A stretch of 64,000 bases of DNA, from assembly GCF_009914755.1 (NCBI RefSeq), contig NC_060930.1; one strand, given 5' to 3'. The position numbers and the translations under genes are program-made. This DNA is from the human T2T-CHM13v2.0 reference genome, Homo sapiens. The notes under the pieces were generated by a model. That model searched no databases. It was given only the letters and a program-made list of their open reading frames with translations, and had not been told where the DNA came from. Positions 11,901 to 24,806 of the stretch are shown here, piece by piece. Position 1 is the first letter of the stretch. The number at the start of each line of letters is the position of its first letter.

Positions 11901-14900
11901 GATGTGTGCATTCAATTCAAAGAGTGAAACCTCTCTTTTCACAGAGCAGTTTTGAAACACTGTTTTTGTAGGATTTCCAAGGGGATATTTATAGCGCATT
12001 GAGCCTACGGCGGAAAAAGAAACATCTTCCTATAAAAACTAGACAGAATACTTCTCAGAATCTGCTTTGCGATGTGTGCGTTCAACTCACAGAGTAAAAC
12101 TTTTCTTTTGATAGAGCAGTTTTGAAACACTCTTTTTGTAGTATTTGCATGTGTATATTTAGAGCGCATTGAAGCCCACAGTAGAAAAGGAAATAACTTC
12201 ACCTAAAACCTAGACAGAAGCAATCTCAGAAACTACTTTGTGATGTGTACATTCAACTCACAGAGTGGAACTTTCCTCTTTATAGAGCAGTGTTGAAACA
12301 CTCTTTTTGTAGAAACTGCAAGTGGATATTTGGACCTCTTTGAGGCCTTCGTTGGAAACGGGATTTCTTCCTATAACCCTAGACAGAAGAATTTTCAGAA
12401 ACCTCATTGTGATGTGTGCGTTCATCTCACAGAGTGGAGTCTTCCGTTTGATAGAGAAGTTTTGAAACCCTGTTCTTGTAGGATTTCCAAGTGGATATTT
12501 AGACCACTTTGAAGCCTATGATAGAAAAGGAAACATCTTCATGGAAAACATAGATAGAATCATCCTCAGAAACAACTTTGTGATGTGTGCGTTGAACTCA
12601 CCGTCTTTAACCTTTCTTTTGGTAGAGAAGTTTTGAAACACTCTCTTTGTAAAGTCTACAAGTGGATATTTTGAGCCCTTGGAGGCATTCTTTGGAAAAG
12701 GGAATGTCTTCACATAAAAGGCAGACGGAAGTGTTCTCAGAAACTGCTTTGTGATGTCTGTGTTCAACTCACAGAGTTTAACATTTCCTTTGATAGAGCG
12801 GTTTAGTAACCCTCTCTTTGTAGAATTTGGAAGTGTATACTAAGAGCGCTTTGAGGCCTATGGTAGAAAAGGAAATATCTTTCCATAAAAGCTAGACAGA
12901 AGCAATCTCAGAAACTCCTCTGTGATGTCTGCATTCAACTCACCGAGTGGAACATTCCTCTTGAGAGAGCAGTTTGGAAACACTCTTTCTGTAGAATCAG
13001 CTTGTTTGTATTTGGACCTCCTTGAGGCCTTCGTTGGAAACGGGTTTTCATCTTATAAACCCAGACAGAAGAATTCTCAGAGTCTTCTTTGTGATGTGTG
13101 CTTTCAACTCACCGAGATAAAGATTTCTCTTGATAGAGCAATTTGGAAACACTCTTTTTGTAGAATTTGCAAGGGTACATTGAGAGCGCTTTCAGGCCTA
13201 TGGTAGAAAAGGGAATATCTTTCCATAAAAGGTAGACAGAAGCAATCTCAGAAACTACTTTGTGATGTGTGCATTCAACTCACCGAGTGCAACGTTCCTC
13301 TTGACCGAGCAGTTTGGAAACATTGTTTCTGTAGAATCTGCAAGTGGATATTTGGACCTCTTTGAGGCCTTCGTTGGAAACGGGATTTCTTCCTATAAAC
13401 CCAGACAGAAGAATTCTCAGAGACTTCTTTGTGATGTGTGAATTCAACTCACAGTGTGGATCCTTCCTTTTGATAGAGCAGTTTTGAAACCCTGTTTTTG
13501 TAGTATTTCCAAGCGGATATTTGGAACGCCTTGAAGCGTATGGTAGAAAAGGAAATATCTTCCCATAAAACCTAGACAGAACCAATCTCAGAAACGACTT
13601 TGTGATGTCTGCATTCAAGTCACAGAGTTGAACATTTCTCTTGATAGAGCAGTTTTGAAACCCTCTTTCTGAAGGATCTGCAAGTGGATATTTGGAACTC
13701 CTTTGGGTCTTCGTTGGAAACGGGATTTCTTCGTATAAATCTAGACAGAAGAATTCTCAGAAACTTCCTTGTGATGAGTGCATTCAACTCAGCGAGTGGC
13801 ACCTTCCTTTGGATACAGCAGTTTTGAAACACTGTTTTTGTAGTATTTCCAAGCGGATATTTAGAGCGCCTTGAAGCCTATGCTAGAAATGGAAATATCT
13901 CCCCATAAAACCAAGACGGAAGCAATCTCAGAAACTAATGTGTGATGGCTGCATTCCACACACACGGTGGACCATTTCTCTTGATAGAGCAGTTTTGAAA
14001 CACTCTTTCTGTAGAATCTGCAAGTGGATAATTGGACCTCCTAGAGGCCTTCGTTGGAAACGGGATTTCTTCATCTAAACCTACAGAGAAGTATTCTCAG
14101 TAACTTCTTCGGATGTGTGCATTCGACGCACAGAATGGAACATTCCCTTTGATAGAGCAGTTTTGAGACACCGTTTTTGTAGAATTCCCAAGTGGATATT
14201 TAGAGCACTTTGAAGTCTCTGCTAGAAAAGGAAACATCTTCATGTAAAAAGTAGATAGAATCGTTCTCAGAAAGTGCTTAGTGTCGTGTGCGTTCAACTC
14301 ACAGAGTTTAACGTTTCTTTTGATAGAGCGTTTCTGAAACACCCTTCTTGTAGTAGCTGCAAGTGGATATTTGGACCTATTGGAGGCCTTCTTTGGAAAT
14401 GGGATTTCTTCATGTAACTCTAGAGTGAAGAATTCTCAGAAACTCCTTTGTGATGTGTGCATTCAATTCAAAGAGTGAAACCTCTCTTTTCACAGAGCAG
14501 TTTTGAAACACTGTTTTTGTAGGATTTCCAAGGGGATATTTATAGCGCATTGAGCCTACGGCGGAAAAAGAAACATCTTCCTATAAAAACTAGACAGAAT
14601 ACTTCTCAGAATCTGCTTTGCGATGTGTGCGTTCAACTCACAGAGTAAAACTTTTCTTTTGAGAGAGCAGTTTTGAAACACTCTTTTTGTAGTATTTGCA
14701 TGTGTATATTTAGAGCGCATTGAAGCCCACAGTAGAAAAGGAAATAACTTCACCTAAAACCTAGACAGAAGCAATCACAGAAACTACTTTGTGATGTGTA
14801 CATTCAACTCACAGAGTGGAACTTTCCTCTTTATAGAGCAGTGTTGAAACACTCTTTTTGTAGAAACTGCAAGTGGATATTTGGACCTCTTTGAGGCCTT

Positions 14901-16647
14901 CGTTGGAAACGGGATTTCTTCCTATAACCCTAGACAGAAGAATTTTCAGAAACCTCATTGTGATGTGTGTGTTCATCTCACAGAGTGGAGTCTTCCGTTT
15001 GATAGAGAAGTTTTGAAACCCTGTTCTTGTAGGATTTCCAAGTGGATATTTAGACCACTTTGAAGCCTATGATAGAAAAGGAAACATCTTCATGGAAAAC
15101 ATAGATAGAATCATCCTCAGAAACAACTTTGTGATGTGTGCGTTGAACTCACCGTCTTTAACCTTTCTTTTGGTAGAGAAGTTTTGAAACACTCTCTTTG
15201 TAAAGTCTACAAGTGGATATTTTGAGCCCTTGGAGGCATTCTTTGGAAAAGGGAATGTCTTCACATAAAAGGCAGACGGAAGTGTTCTCAGAAACTGCTT
15301 TGTGATGTCTGTGTTCAACTCACAGAGTTTAACATTTCCTTTGATAGAGCGGTTTAGTAACCCTCTCTTTGTAGAATTTGGAAGTGTATACTAAGAGCGC
15401 TTTGAGGCCTATGGTAGAAAAGGAAATATCTTTCCATAAAAGCTAGACAGAAGCAATCTCAGAAACTCCTTTGCGATGTCTGCATTCAACTCACCGAGTG
15501 GAACATTCCTCTTGAGAGAGCAGTTTGGAAACACTCTTTCTGTAGAATCAGCTTGTTTGTATTTGGACCTCCTTGAGGCCTTCGTTGGAAACGGGTTTTC
15601 ATCTTATAAACCCAGACAGAAGAATTCTCAGAGTCTTCTTTGTGATGTGTGCTTTCAACTCACCGAGATAAAGATTTCTCTTGATAGAGCAATTTGGAAA
15701 CACTCTTTTTGTAGAATTTGCAAGGGTACATTGAGAGCGCTTTCAGGCCTATGGTAGAAAAGGGAATATCTTTCCATAAAAGGTAGACAGAAGCAATCTC
15801 AGAAACTACTTTGTGATGTGTGCATTCAACTCACCGAGTGCAACGTTCCTCTTGACCGAGCAGTTTGGAAACATTGTTTCTGTAGAATCTGCAAGTGGAT
15901 ATTTGGACCTCTTTGAGGCCTTCGTTGGAAACGGGATTTCTTCCTATAAACCCAGACAGAAGAATTCTCAGAGACTTCTTTGTGATGTGTGAATTCAACT
16001 CACAGTGTGGATCCTTCCTTTTGATAGAGCAGTTTTGAAACCCTGTTTTTGTAGTATTTCCAAGCGGATATTTGGAACGCCTTGAAGCGTATGGTAGAAA
16101 AGGAAATATCTTCCCATAAAACCTAGACAGAACCAATCTCAGAAACGACTTTGTGATGTCTGCATTCAAGTCACAGAGTTGAACATTTCTCTTGATAGAG
16201 CAGTTTTGAAACCCTCTTTCTGAAGGATCTGCAAGTGGATATTTGGAACTCCTTTGGGTCTTCGTTGGAAACGGGATTTCTTCGTATAAATCTAGACAGA
16301 AGAATTCTCAGAAACTTCCTTGTGATGAGTGCATTCAACTCAGCGAGTGGCACCTTCCTTTGGATACAGCAGTTTTGAAACACTGTTTTTGTAGTATTTC
16401 CAAGCGGATATTTAGAGCGCCTTGAAGCCTATGCTAGAAATGGAAATATCTCCCCATAAAACCAAGACGGAAGCAATCTCAGAAACTAATGTGTGATGGC
16501 TGCATTCCACACACACGGTGGACCATTTCTCTTGATAGAGCAGTTTTGAAACACTCTTTCTGTAGAATCTGCAAGTGGATAATTGGACCTCCTAGAGGCC
16601 TTCGTTGGAAACGGGATTTCTTCATCTAAACCTACAGAGAAGTATTC
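8997..16647 (+). repeat. Three 15-mer HOR units U4-U6 (2551, 2549, 2551 bp)
   Basis: Spacings 8997->11548->14097->16648. Confidence 0.95.
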
Positions 16648-19600
16648 TCAGTAACTTCTTCGGATGTGTGCATTCGACGCACAGAATGGAACATTCCCTT
16701 TGATAGAGCAGTTTTGAGACACCGTTTTTGTAGAATTCCCAAGTGGATATTTAGAGCACTTTGAAGTCTCTGCTAGAAAAGGAAACATCTTCATGTAAAA
16801 AGTAGATAGAATCGTTCTCAGAAAGTGCTTAGTGTTGTGTGCGTTCAACTCACAGAGTTTAACGTTTCTTTTGATAGAGCGTTTCTGAAACACCCTTCTT
16901 GTAGTAGCTGCAAGTGGATATTTGGACCTATTGGAGGCCTTCTTTGGAAATGGGATTTCTTCATGTAACTCTAGATTGAAGAATTCTCAGAAACTCCTTT
17001 GTGATGTGTGCATTCAATTCAAAGAGTGAAACCTCTCTTTTCACAGAGCAGTTTTGAAACACTGTTTTTGTAGGATTTCCAAGGGGATATTTATAGCGCA
17101 TTGAGCCTACGGCGGAAAAAGAAACATCTTCCTATAAAAACTAGACAGAATACTTCTCAGAATCTGCTTTGCGATGTGTGCGTTCAACTCACAGAGTAAA
17201 ACTTTTCTTTTGATAGAGCAGTTTTGAAACACTCTTTTTGTAGTATTTGCATGTGTATATTTAGAGCGCATTGAAGCCCACAGTAGAAAAGGAAATAACT
17301 TCACCTAAAACCTAGACAGAAGCAATCTCAGAAACTACTTTGTGATGTGTACATTCAACTCACAGAGTGGAACTTTCCTCTTTATAGAGCAGTGTTGAAA
17401 CACTCTTTTTGTAGAAACTGCAAGTGGATATTTGGACCTCTTTGAGGCCTTCGTTGGAAACGGGATTTCTTCCTATAACCCTAGACAGAAGAATTTTCAG
17501 AAACCTCATTGTGATGTGTGCGTTCATCTCACAGAGTGGAGTCTTCCGTTTGATAGAGAAGTTTTGAAACCCTGTTCTTGTAGGATTTCCAAGTGGATAT
17601 TTAGACCACTTTGAAGCCTATGATAGAAAAGGAAACATCTTCATGGAAAACATAGATAGAATCATCCTCAGAAACAACTTTGTGATGTGTGCGTTGAACT
17701 CACCGTCTTTAACCTTTCTTTTGGTAGAGAAGTTTTGAAACACTCTCTTTGTAAAGTCTACAAGTGGATATTTTGAGCCCTTGGAGGCATTCTTTGGAAA
17801 AGGGAATGTCTTCACATAAAAGGCAGACGGAAGTGTTCTCAGAAACTGCTTTGTGATGTCTGTGTTCAACTCACAGAGTTTAACATTTCCTTTGATAGAG
17901 CGGTTTAGTAACCCTCTCTTTGTAGAATTTGGAAGTGTATACTAAGAGCGCTTTGAGGCCTATGGTAGAAAAGGAAATATCTTTCCATAAAAGCTAGACA
18001 GAAGCAATCTCAGAAACTCCTCTGTGATGTCTGCATTCAACTCACCGAGTGGAACATTCCTCTTGAGAGAGCAGTTTGGAAACACTCTTTCTGTAGAATC
18101 AGCTTGTTTGTATTTGGACCTCCTTGAGGCCTTCGTTGGAAACGGGTTTTCATCTTATAAACCCAGACAGAAGAATTCTCAGAGTCTTCTTTGTGATGTG
18201 TGCTTTCAACTCACCGAGATAAAGATTTCTCTTGATAGAGCAATTTGGAAACACTCTTTTTGTAGAATTTGCAAGGGTACATTGAGAGCGCTTTCAGGCC
18301 TATGGTAGAAAAGGGAATATCTTTCCATAAAAGGTAGACAGAAGCAATCTCAGAAACTACTTTGTGATGTGTGCATTCAACTCACCGAGTGCAACGTTCC
18401 TCTTGACCGAGCAGTTTGGAAACATTGTTTCTGTAGAATCTGCAAGTGGATATTTGGACCTCTTTGAGGCCTTCGTTGGAAACGGGATTTCTTCCTATAA
18501 ACCCAGACAGAAGAATTCTCAGAGACTTCTTTGTGATGTGTGAATTCAACTCACAGTGTGGATCCTTCCTTTTGATAGAGCAGTTTTGAAACCCTGTTTT
18601 TGTAGTATTTCCAAGCGGATATTTGGAACGCCTTGAAGCGTATGGTAGAAAAGGAAATATCTTCCCATAAAACCTAGACAGAACCAATCTCAGAAACGAC
18701 TTTGTGATGTCTGCATTCAAGTCACAGAGTTGAACATTTCTCTTGATAGAGCAGTTTTGAAACCCTCTTTCTGAAGGATCTGCAAGTGGATATTTGGAAC
18801 TCCTTTGGGTCTTCGTTGGAAACGGGATTTCTTCGTATAAATCTAGACAGAAGAATTCTCCGAAACTTCTTTGGTTGTGTGCATTCAAGTCACAGAGTGG
18901 AACCTTCCTTTGGATAGAGCAGTTTGAAACGCCGTGGTTGTAGTATTTCCAAGCGGATATTAGAGCGCCTTGAGGCCTATGGTAGAAAAGGAAATATCTT
19001 CCCATAAAACCTAGACGGAAGCAATCTCAGAAACTACTGTGTGATGGCTGCATTCCACACACACGGTGGAACATTTCTCTTGATAGAGCAGTTTTGAAAC
19101 ACTCTTTCTGTAGAATCTGCAAGTGGATAATTGGACCGCCTTGAGGCCTTCGTTGGAAACGGGATTTCTTCATGTTACTCTAGATAGAAGAATTCTCAAA
19201 CACTGCTATGTGATGTTTGCATTCAAGTCACAGAGTGCAACATTCCTCTTGGTAGAGCAGTTGGGAAACACTCCTTTTGTAGAATCTGCAATGGGATATT
19301 TGGACTTCTTTGAGGCCTTCGTTGGAAACGGGATTTCTTCGTATGAATCTAGACAGAAGAATTCTCAGAAACTTCCTTGTGATGTGTGCATTCAACTCAG
19401 CGAGTGGCACCTTCCTTTGGATACAGCAGTTTTGAAACACTGTTTTTGTAGTATTTCCAAGCGGATATTTAGAGCGCCTTGAAGCCTATGCTAGAAATGG
19501 AAATATCTCCCCATAAAACCAAGACAGAAGCAATCTCAGAAACTAATGTGTGATGGCTGCATTCCACACACACGGTGGACCATTTCTCTTGATAGAGCAG

Positions 19601-19704
19601 TTTTGAAACACTCTTTCTGTAGAATCTGCAAGTGGATAATTGGACCTCCTAGAGGCCTTCGTTGGAAACGGGATTTCTTCATCTAAACCTACAGAAAAGA
19701 ATTC
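16648..19704 (+). repeat. 18-mer HOR unit U7
   Basis: Spacing 3057 bp; trimer present. Confidence 0.95.
18861..19366 (+). repeat. 18-mer-specific trimer, copy 3
   Basis: Same diagnostic sequence at 18861. Confidence 0.95.
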
Positions 19705-22700
19705 TCAGTAACTTCTTCGGATGTGTGCATTCGACTCACAGAATGGAACATTCCCTTTGATAGAGCAGTTTTGAGACACCGTTTTTGTAGAATTCCCAAG
19801 TGGATATTTAGAGCACTTTGAAGTCTCTGCTAGAAAAGGAAACATCTTCATGTAAAAAGTAGATAGAATCGTTCTCAGAAAGTGCTTAGTGACGTGTGCG
19901 TTCAACTCACAGAGTTTAACGTTTCTTTTGATAGAGCGTTTCTGAAACACCCTTCTTGTAGTAGCTGCAAGTGGATATTTGGACCTATTGGAGGCCTTCT
20001 TTGGAAATGGGATTTCTTCATGTAACTCTAGATTGAAGAGTTCTCAGAAACTCCTTTGTGATGTGTGCATTCAATTCAAAGAGTGAAACCTCCCTTTTCA
20101 CAGAGCAGTTTTGAAACACTGTTTTTGTAGGATTTCCAAGGGGATATTTATAGCGCATTGAGCCTACGGCGGAAAAAGAAACATCTTCCTATAAAAACTA
20201 GACAGAATACTTCTCAGAATCTGCTTTGCGATGTGTGCGTTCAACTCACAGAGTAAAACTTTTCTTTTGATAGAGCAGTTTTGAAACACTCTTTTTGTAG
20301 TATTTGCATGTGTATATTTAGAGCGCATTGAAGCCCACAGTAGAAAAGGAAATAACTTCACCTAAAACCTAGACAGAAGCAATCACAGAAACTACTTTGT
20401 GATGTGTACATTCAACTCACAGAGTGGAACTTTCCTCTTTATAGAGCAGTGTTGAAACACTCTTTTTGTAGAAACTGCAAGTGGATATTTGGACCTCTTT
20501 GAGGCCTTCGTTGGAAACGGGATTTCTTCCTATAACCCTAGACAGAAGAATTTTCAGAAACCTCATTGTGATGTGTGCGTTCATCTCACAGAGTGGAGTC
20601 TTCCGTTTGATAGAGAAGTTTTGAAACCCTGTTCTTGTAGGATTTCCAAGTGGATATTTAGACCACTTTGAAGCCTATGATAGAAAAGGAAACATCTTCA
20701 TGGAAAACATAGATAGAATCATCCTCAGAAACAACTTTGTGATGTGTGCGTTGAACTCACCGTCTTTAACCTTTCTTTTGGTAGAGAAGTTTTGAAACAC
20801 TCTCTTTGTAAAGTCTACAAGTGGATATTTTGAGCCCTTGGAGGCATTCTTTGGAAAAGGGAATGTCTTCACATAAAAGGCAGACGGAAGTGTTCTCAGA
20901 AACTGCTTTGTGATGTCTGTGTTCAACTCACAGAGTTTAACATTTCCTTTGATAGAGCGGTTTAGTAACCCTCTCTTTGTAGAATTTGGAAGTGTATACT
21001 AAGAGCGCTTTGAGGCCTATGGTAGAAAAGGAAATATCTTTCCATAAAAGCTAGACAGAAGCAATCTCAGAAACTCCTCTGTGATGTCTGCATTCAACTC
21101 ACCGAGTGGAACATTCCTCTTGAGAGAGCAGTTTGGAAACACTCTTTCTGTAGAATCAGCTTGTTTGTATTTGGACCTCCTTGAGGCCTTCGTTGGAAAC
21201 GGGTTTTCATCTTATAAACCCAGACAGAAGAATTCTCAGAGTCTTCTTTGTGATGTGTGCTTTCAACTCACCGAGATAAAGATTTCTCTTGATAGAGCAA
21301 TTTGGAAACACTCTTTTTGTAGAATTTGCAAGGGTACATTGAGAGCGTTTTCAGGCCTATGGTAGAAAAGGGAATATCTTTCCATAAAAGGTAGACAGAA
21401 GCAATCTCAGAAACTACTTTGTGACGTGTGCATTCAACTCACCGAGTGCAACGTTCCTCTTGACCGAGCAGTTTGGAAACATTGTTTCTGTAGAATCTGC
21501 AAGTGGATATTTGGACCTCTTTGAGGCCTTTGTTGGAAACGGGATTTCTTCCTATAAACCCAGACAGAAGAATTCTCAGAGACTTCTTTGTGATGTGTGA
21601 ATTCAACTCACAGTGTGGATCCTTCCTTTTGATAGAGCAGTTTTGAAACCCTGTTTTTGTAGTATTTCCAAGCGGATATTTGGAACGCCTTGAAGCGTAT
21701 GGTAGAAAAGGAAATATCTTCCCATAAAACCTAGACAGAACCAATCTCAGAAACGACTTTGTGATGTCTGCATTCAAGTCACAGAGTTGAACATTTCTCT
21801 TGATAGAGCAGTTTTGAAACCCTCTTTCTGAAGGATCTGCAAGTGGATATTTGGAACTCCTTTGGGTCTTCGTTGGAAACGGGATTTCTTCGTATAAATC
21901 TAGACAGAAGAATTCTCAGAAACTTCCTTGTGATGTGTGCATTCAACTCAGCGAGTGGCACCTTCCTTTGGATACAGCAGTTTTGAAACACTGTTTTTGT
22001 AGTATTTCCAAGCGGATATTTAGAGCACCTTGAAGCCTATGCTAGAAATGGAAATATCTCCCCATAAAACCAAGACGGAAGCAATCTCAGAAACTAATGT
22101 GTGATGGCTGCATTCCACACACACGGTGGACCATTTCTCTTGATAGAGCAGTTTTGAAACACTCTTTCTGTAGAATCTGCAAGTGGATAATTGGACCTCC
22201 TAGAGGCCTTCGTTGGAAACGGGATTTCTTCATCTAAACCTACAGAGAAGTATTCTCAGTAACTTCTTCGGATGTGTGCATTCGACGCACAGAATGGAAC
22301 ATTCCCTTTGATAGAGCAGTTTTGAGACACCGTTTTTGTAGAATTCCCAAGTGGATATTTAGAGCACTTTGAAGTCTCTGCTAGAAAAGGAAACATCTTC
22401 ATGTAAAAAGTAGATAGAATCGTTCTCAGAAAGTGCTTAGTGTCGTGTGCGTTCAACTCACAGAGTTTAACGTTTCTTTTGATAGAGCGTTTCTGAAACA
22501 CCCTTCTTGTAGTAGCTGCAAGTGGATATTTGGACCTATTGGAGGCCTTCTTTGGAAATGGGATTTCTTCATGTAACTCTAGATTGAAGAATTCTCAGAA
22601 ACTCCTTTGTGATGTGTGCATTCAATTCAAAGAGTGAAACCTCTCTTTTCACAGAGCAGTTTTGAAACACTGTTTTTGTAGGATTTCCAAGGGGATATTT

Positions 22701-24806
22701 ATAGCGCATTGAGCCTACGGCGGAAAAAGAAACATCTTCCTATAAAAACTAGACAGAATACTTCTCAGAATCTGCTTTGCGATGTGTGCGTTCAACTCAC
22801 AGAGTAAAACTTTTCTTTTGATAGAGCAGTTTTGAAACACTCTTTTTGTAGTATTTGCATGTGTATATTTAGAGCGCATTGAAGCCCACAGTAGAAAAGG
22901 AAATAACTTCACCTAAAACCTAGACAGAAGCAATCACAGAAACTACTTTGTGATGTGTACATTCAACTCACAGAGTGGAACTTTCCTCTTTATAGAGCAG
23001 TGTTGAAACACTCTTTTTGTAGAAACTGCAAGTGGATATTTGGACCTCTTTGAGGCCTTCGTTGGAAACGGGATTTCTTCCTATAACCCTAGACAGAAGA
23101 ATTTTCAGAAACCTCATTGTGATGTGTGCGTTCATCTCACAGAGTGGAGTCTTCCGTTTGATAGAGAAGTTTTGAAACCCTGTTCTTGTAGGATTTCCAA
23201 GTGGATATTTAGACCACTTTGAAGCCTATGATAGAAAAGGAAACATCTTCATGGAAAACATAGATAGAATCATCCTCAGAAACAACTTTGTGATGTGTGC
23301 GTTGAACTCACCGTCTTTAACCTTTCTTTTGGTAGAGAAGTTTTGAAACACTCTCTTTGTAAAGTCTACAAGTGGATATTTTGAGCCCTTGGAGGCATTC
23401 TTTGGAAAAGGGAATGTCTTCACATAAAAGGCAGACGGAAGTGTTCTCAGAAACTGCTTTGTGATGTCTGTGTTCAACTCACAGAGTTTAACATTTCCTT
23501 TGATAGAGCGGTTTAGTAACCCTCTCTTTGTAGAATTTGGAAGTGTATACTAAGAGCGCTTTGAGGCCTATGGTAGAAAAGGAAATATCTTTCCATAAAA
23601 GCTAGACAGAAGCAATCTCAGAAACTCCTCTGTGATGTCTGCATTCAACTCACCGAGTGGAACATTCCTCTTGAGAGAGCAGTTTGGAAACACTCTTTCT
23701 GTAGAATCAGCTTGTTTGTATTTGGACCTCCTTGAGGCCTTCGTTGGAAACGGGTTTTCATCTTATAAACCCAGACAGAAGAATTCTCAGAGTCTTCTTT
23801 GTGATGTGTGCTTTCAACTCACCGAGATAAAGATTTCTCTTGATAGAGCAATTTGGAAACACTCTTTTTGTAGAATTTGCAAGGGTACATTGAGAGCGCT
23901 TTCAGGCCTATGGTAGAAAAGGGAATATCTTTCCATAAAAGGTAGACAGAAGCAATCTCAGAAACTACTTTGTGACGTGTGCATTCAACTCACCGAGTGC
24001 AACGTTCCTCTTGACCGAGCAGTTTGGAAACATTGTTTCTGTAGAATCTGCAAGTGGATATTTGGACCTCTTTGAGGCCTTCGTTGGAAACGGGATTTCT
24101 TCCTATAAACCCAGACAGAAGAATTCTCAGAGACTTCTTTGTGATGTGTGAATTCAACTCACAGTGTGGATCCTTCCTTTTGATAGAGCAGTTTTGAAAC
24201 CCTGTTTTTGTAGTATTTCCAAGCGGATATTTGGAACGCCTTGAAGCGTATGGTAGAAAAGGAAATATCTTCCCATAAAACCTAGACAGAACCAATCTCA
24301 GAAACGACTTTGTGATGTCTGCATTCAAGTCACAGAGTTGAACATTTCTCTTGATAGAGCAGTTTTGAAACCCTCTTTCTGAAGGATCTGCAAGTGGATA
24401 TTTGGAACTCCTTTGGGTCTTCGTTGGAAACGGGATTTCTTCGTATAAATCTAGACAGAAGAATTCTCAGAAACTTCCTTGTGATGTGTGCATTCAACTC
24501 AGCGAGTGGCACCTTCCTTTGGATACAGCAGTTTTGAAACACTGTTTTTGTAGTATTTCCAAGCGGATATTTAGAGCGCCTTGAAGCCTATGGTAGAAAT
24601 GGAAATATCTCCCCATAAAACCAAGACGGAAGCAATCTCAGAAACTAATGTGTGATGGCTGCATTCCACACACACGGTGGACCATTTCTCTTGATAGAGC
24701 AGTTTTGAAACACTCTTTCTGTAGAATCTGCAAGTGGATAATTGGACCTCCTAGAGGCCTTCGTTGGAAACGGGATTTCTTCATCTAAACCTACAGAGAA
24801 GTATTC
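19705..24806 (+). repeat. Two 15-mer HOR units U8-U9
   Basis: Spacings 19705->22256->24807. Confidence 0.95.
21528..21544 (+). other. CENP-B box with private C>T at 21531 (core TTCG->TTTG)
   Basis: CTTTGTTGGAAACGGGA; also visible as the unique SNKG variant in ORF 21439..21777. Confidence 0.9.
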
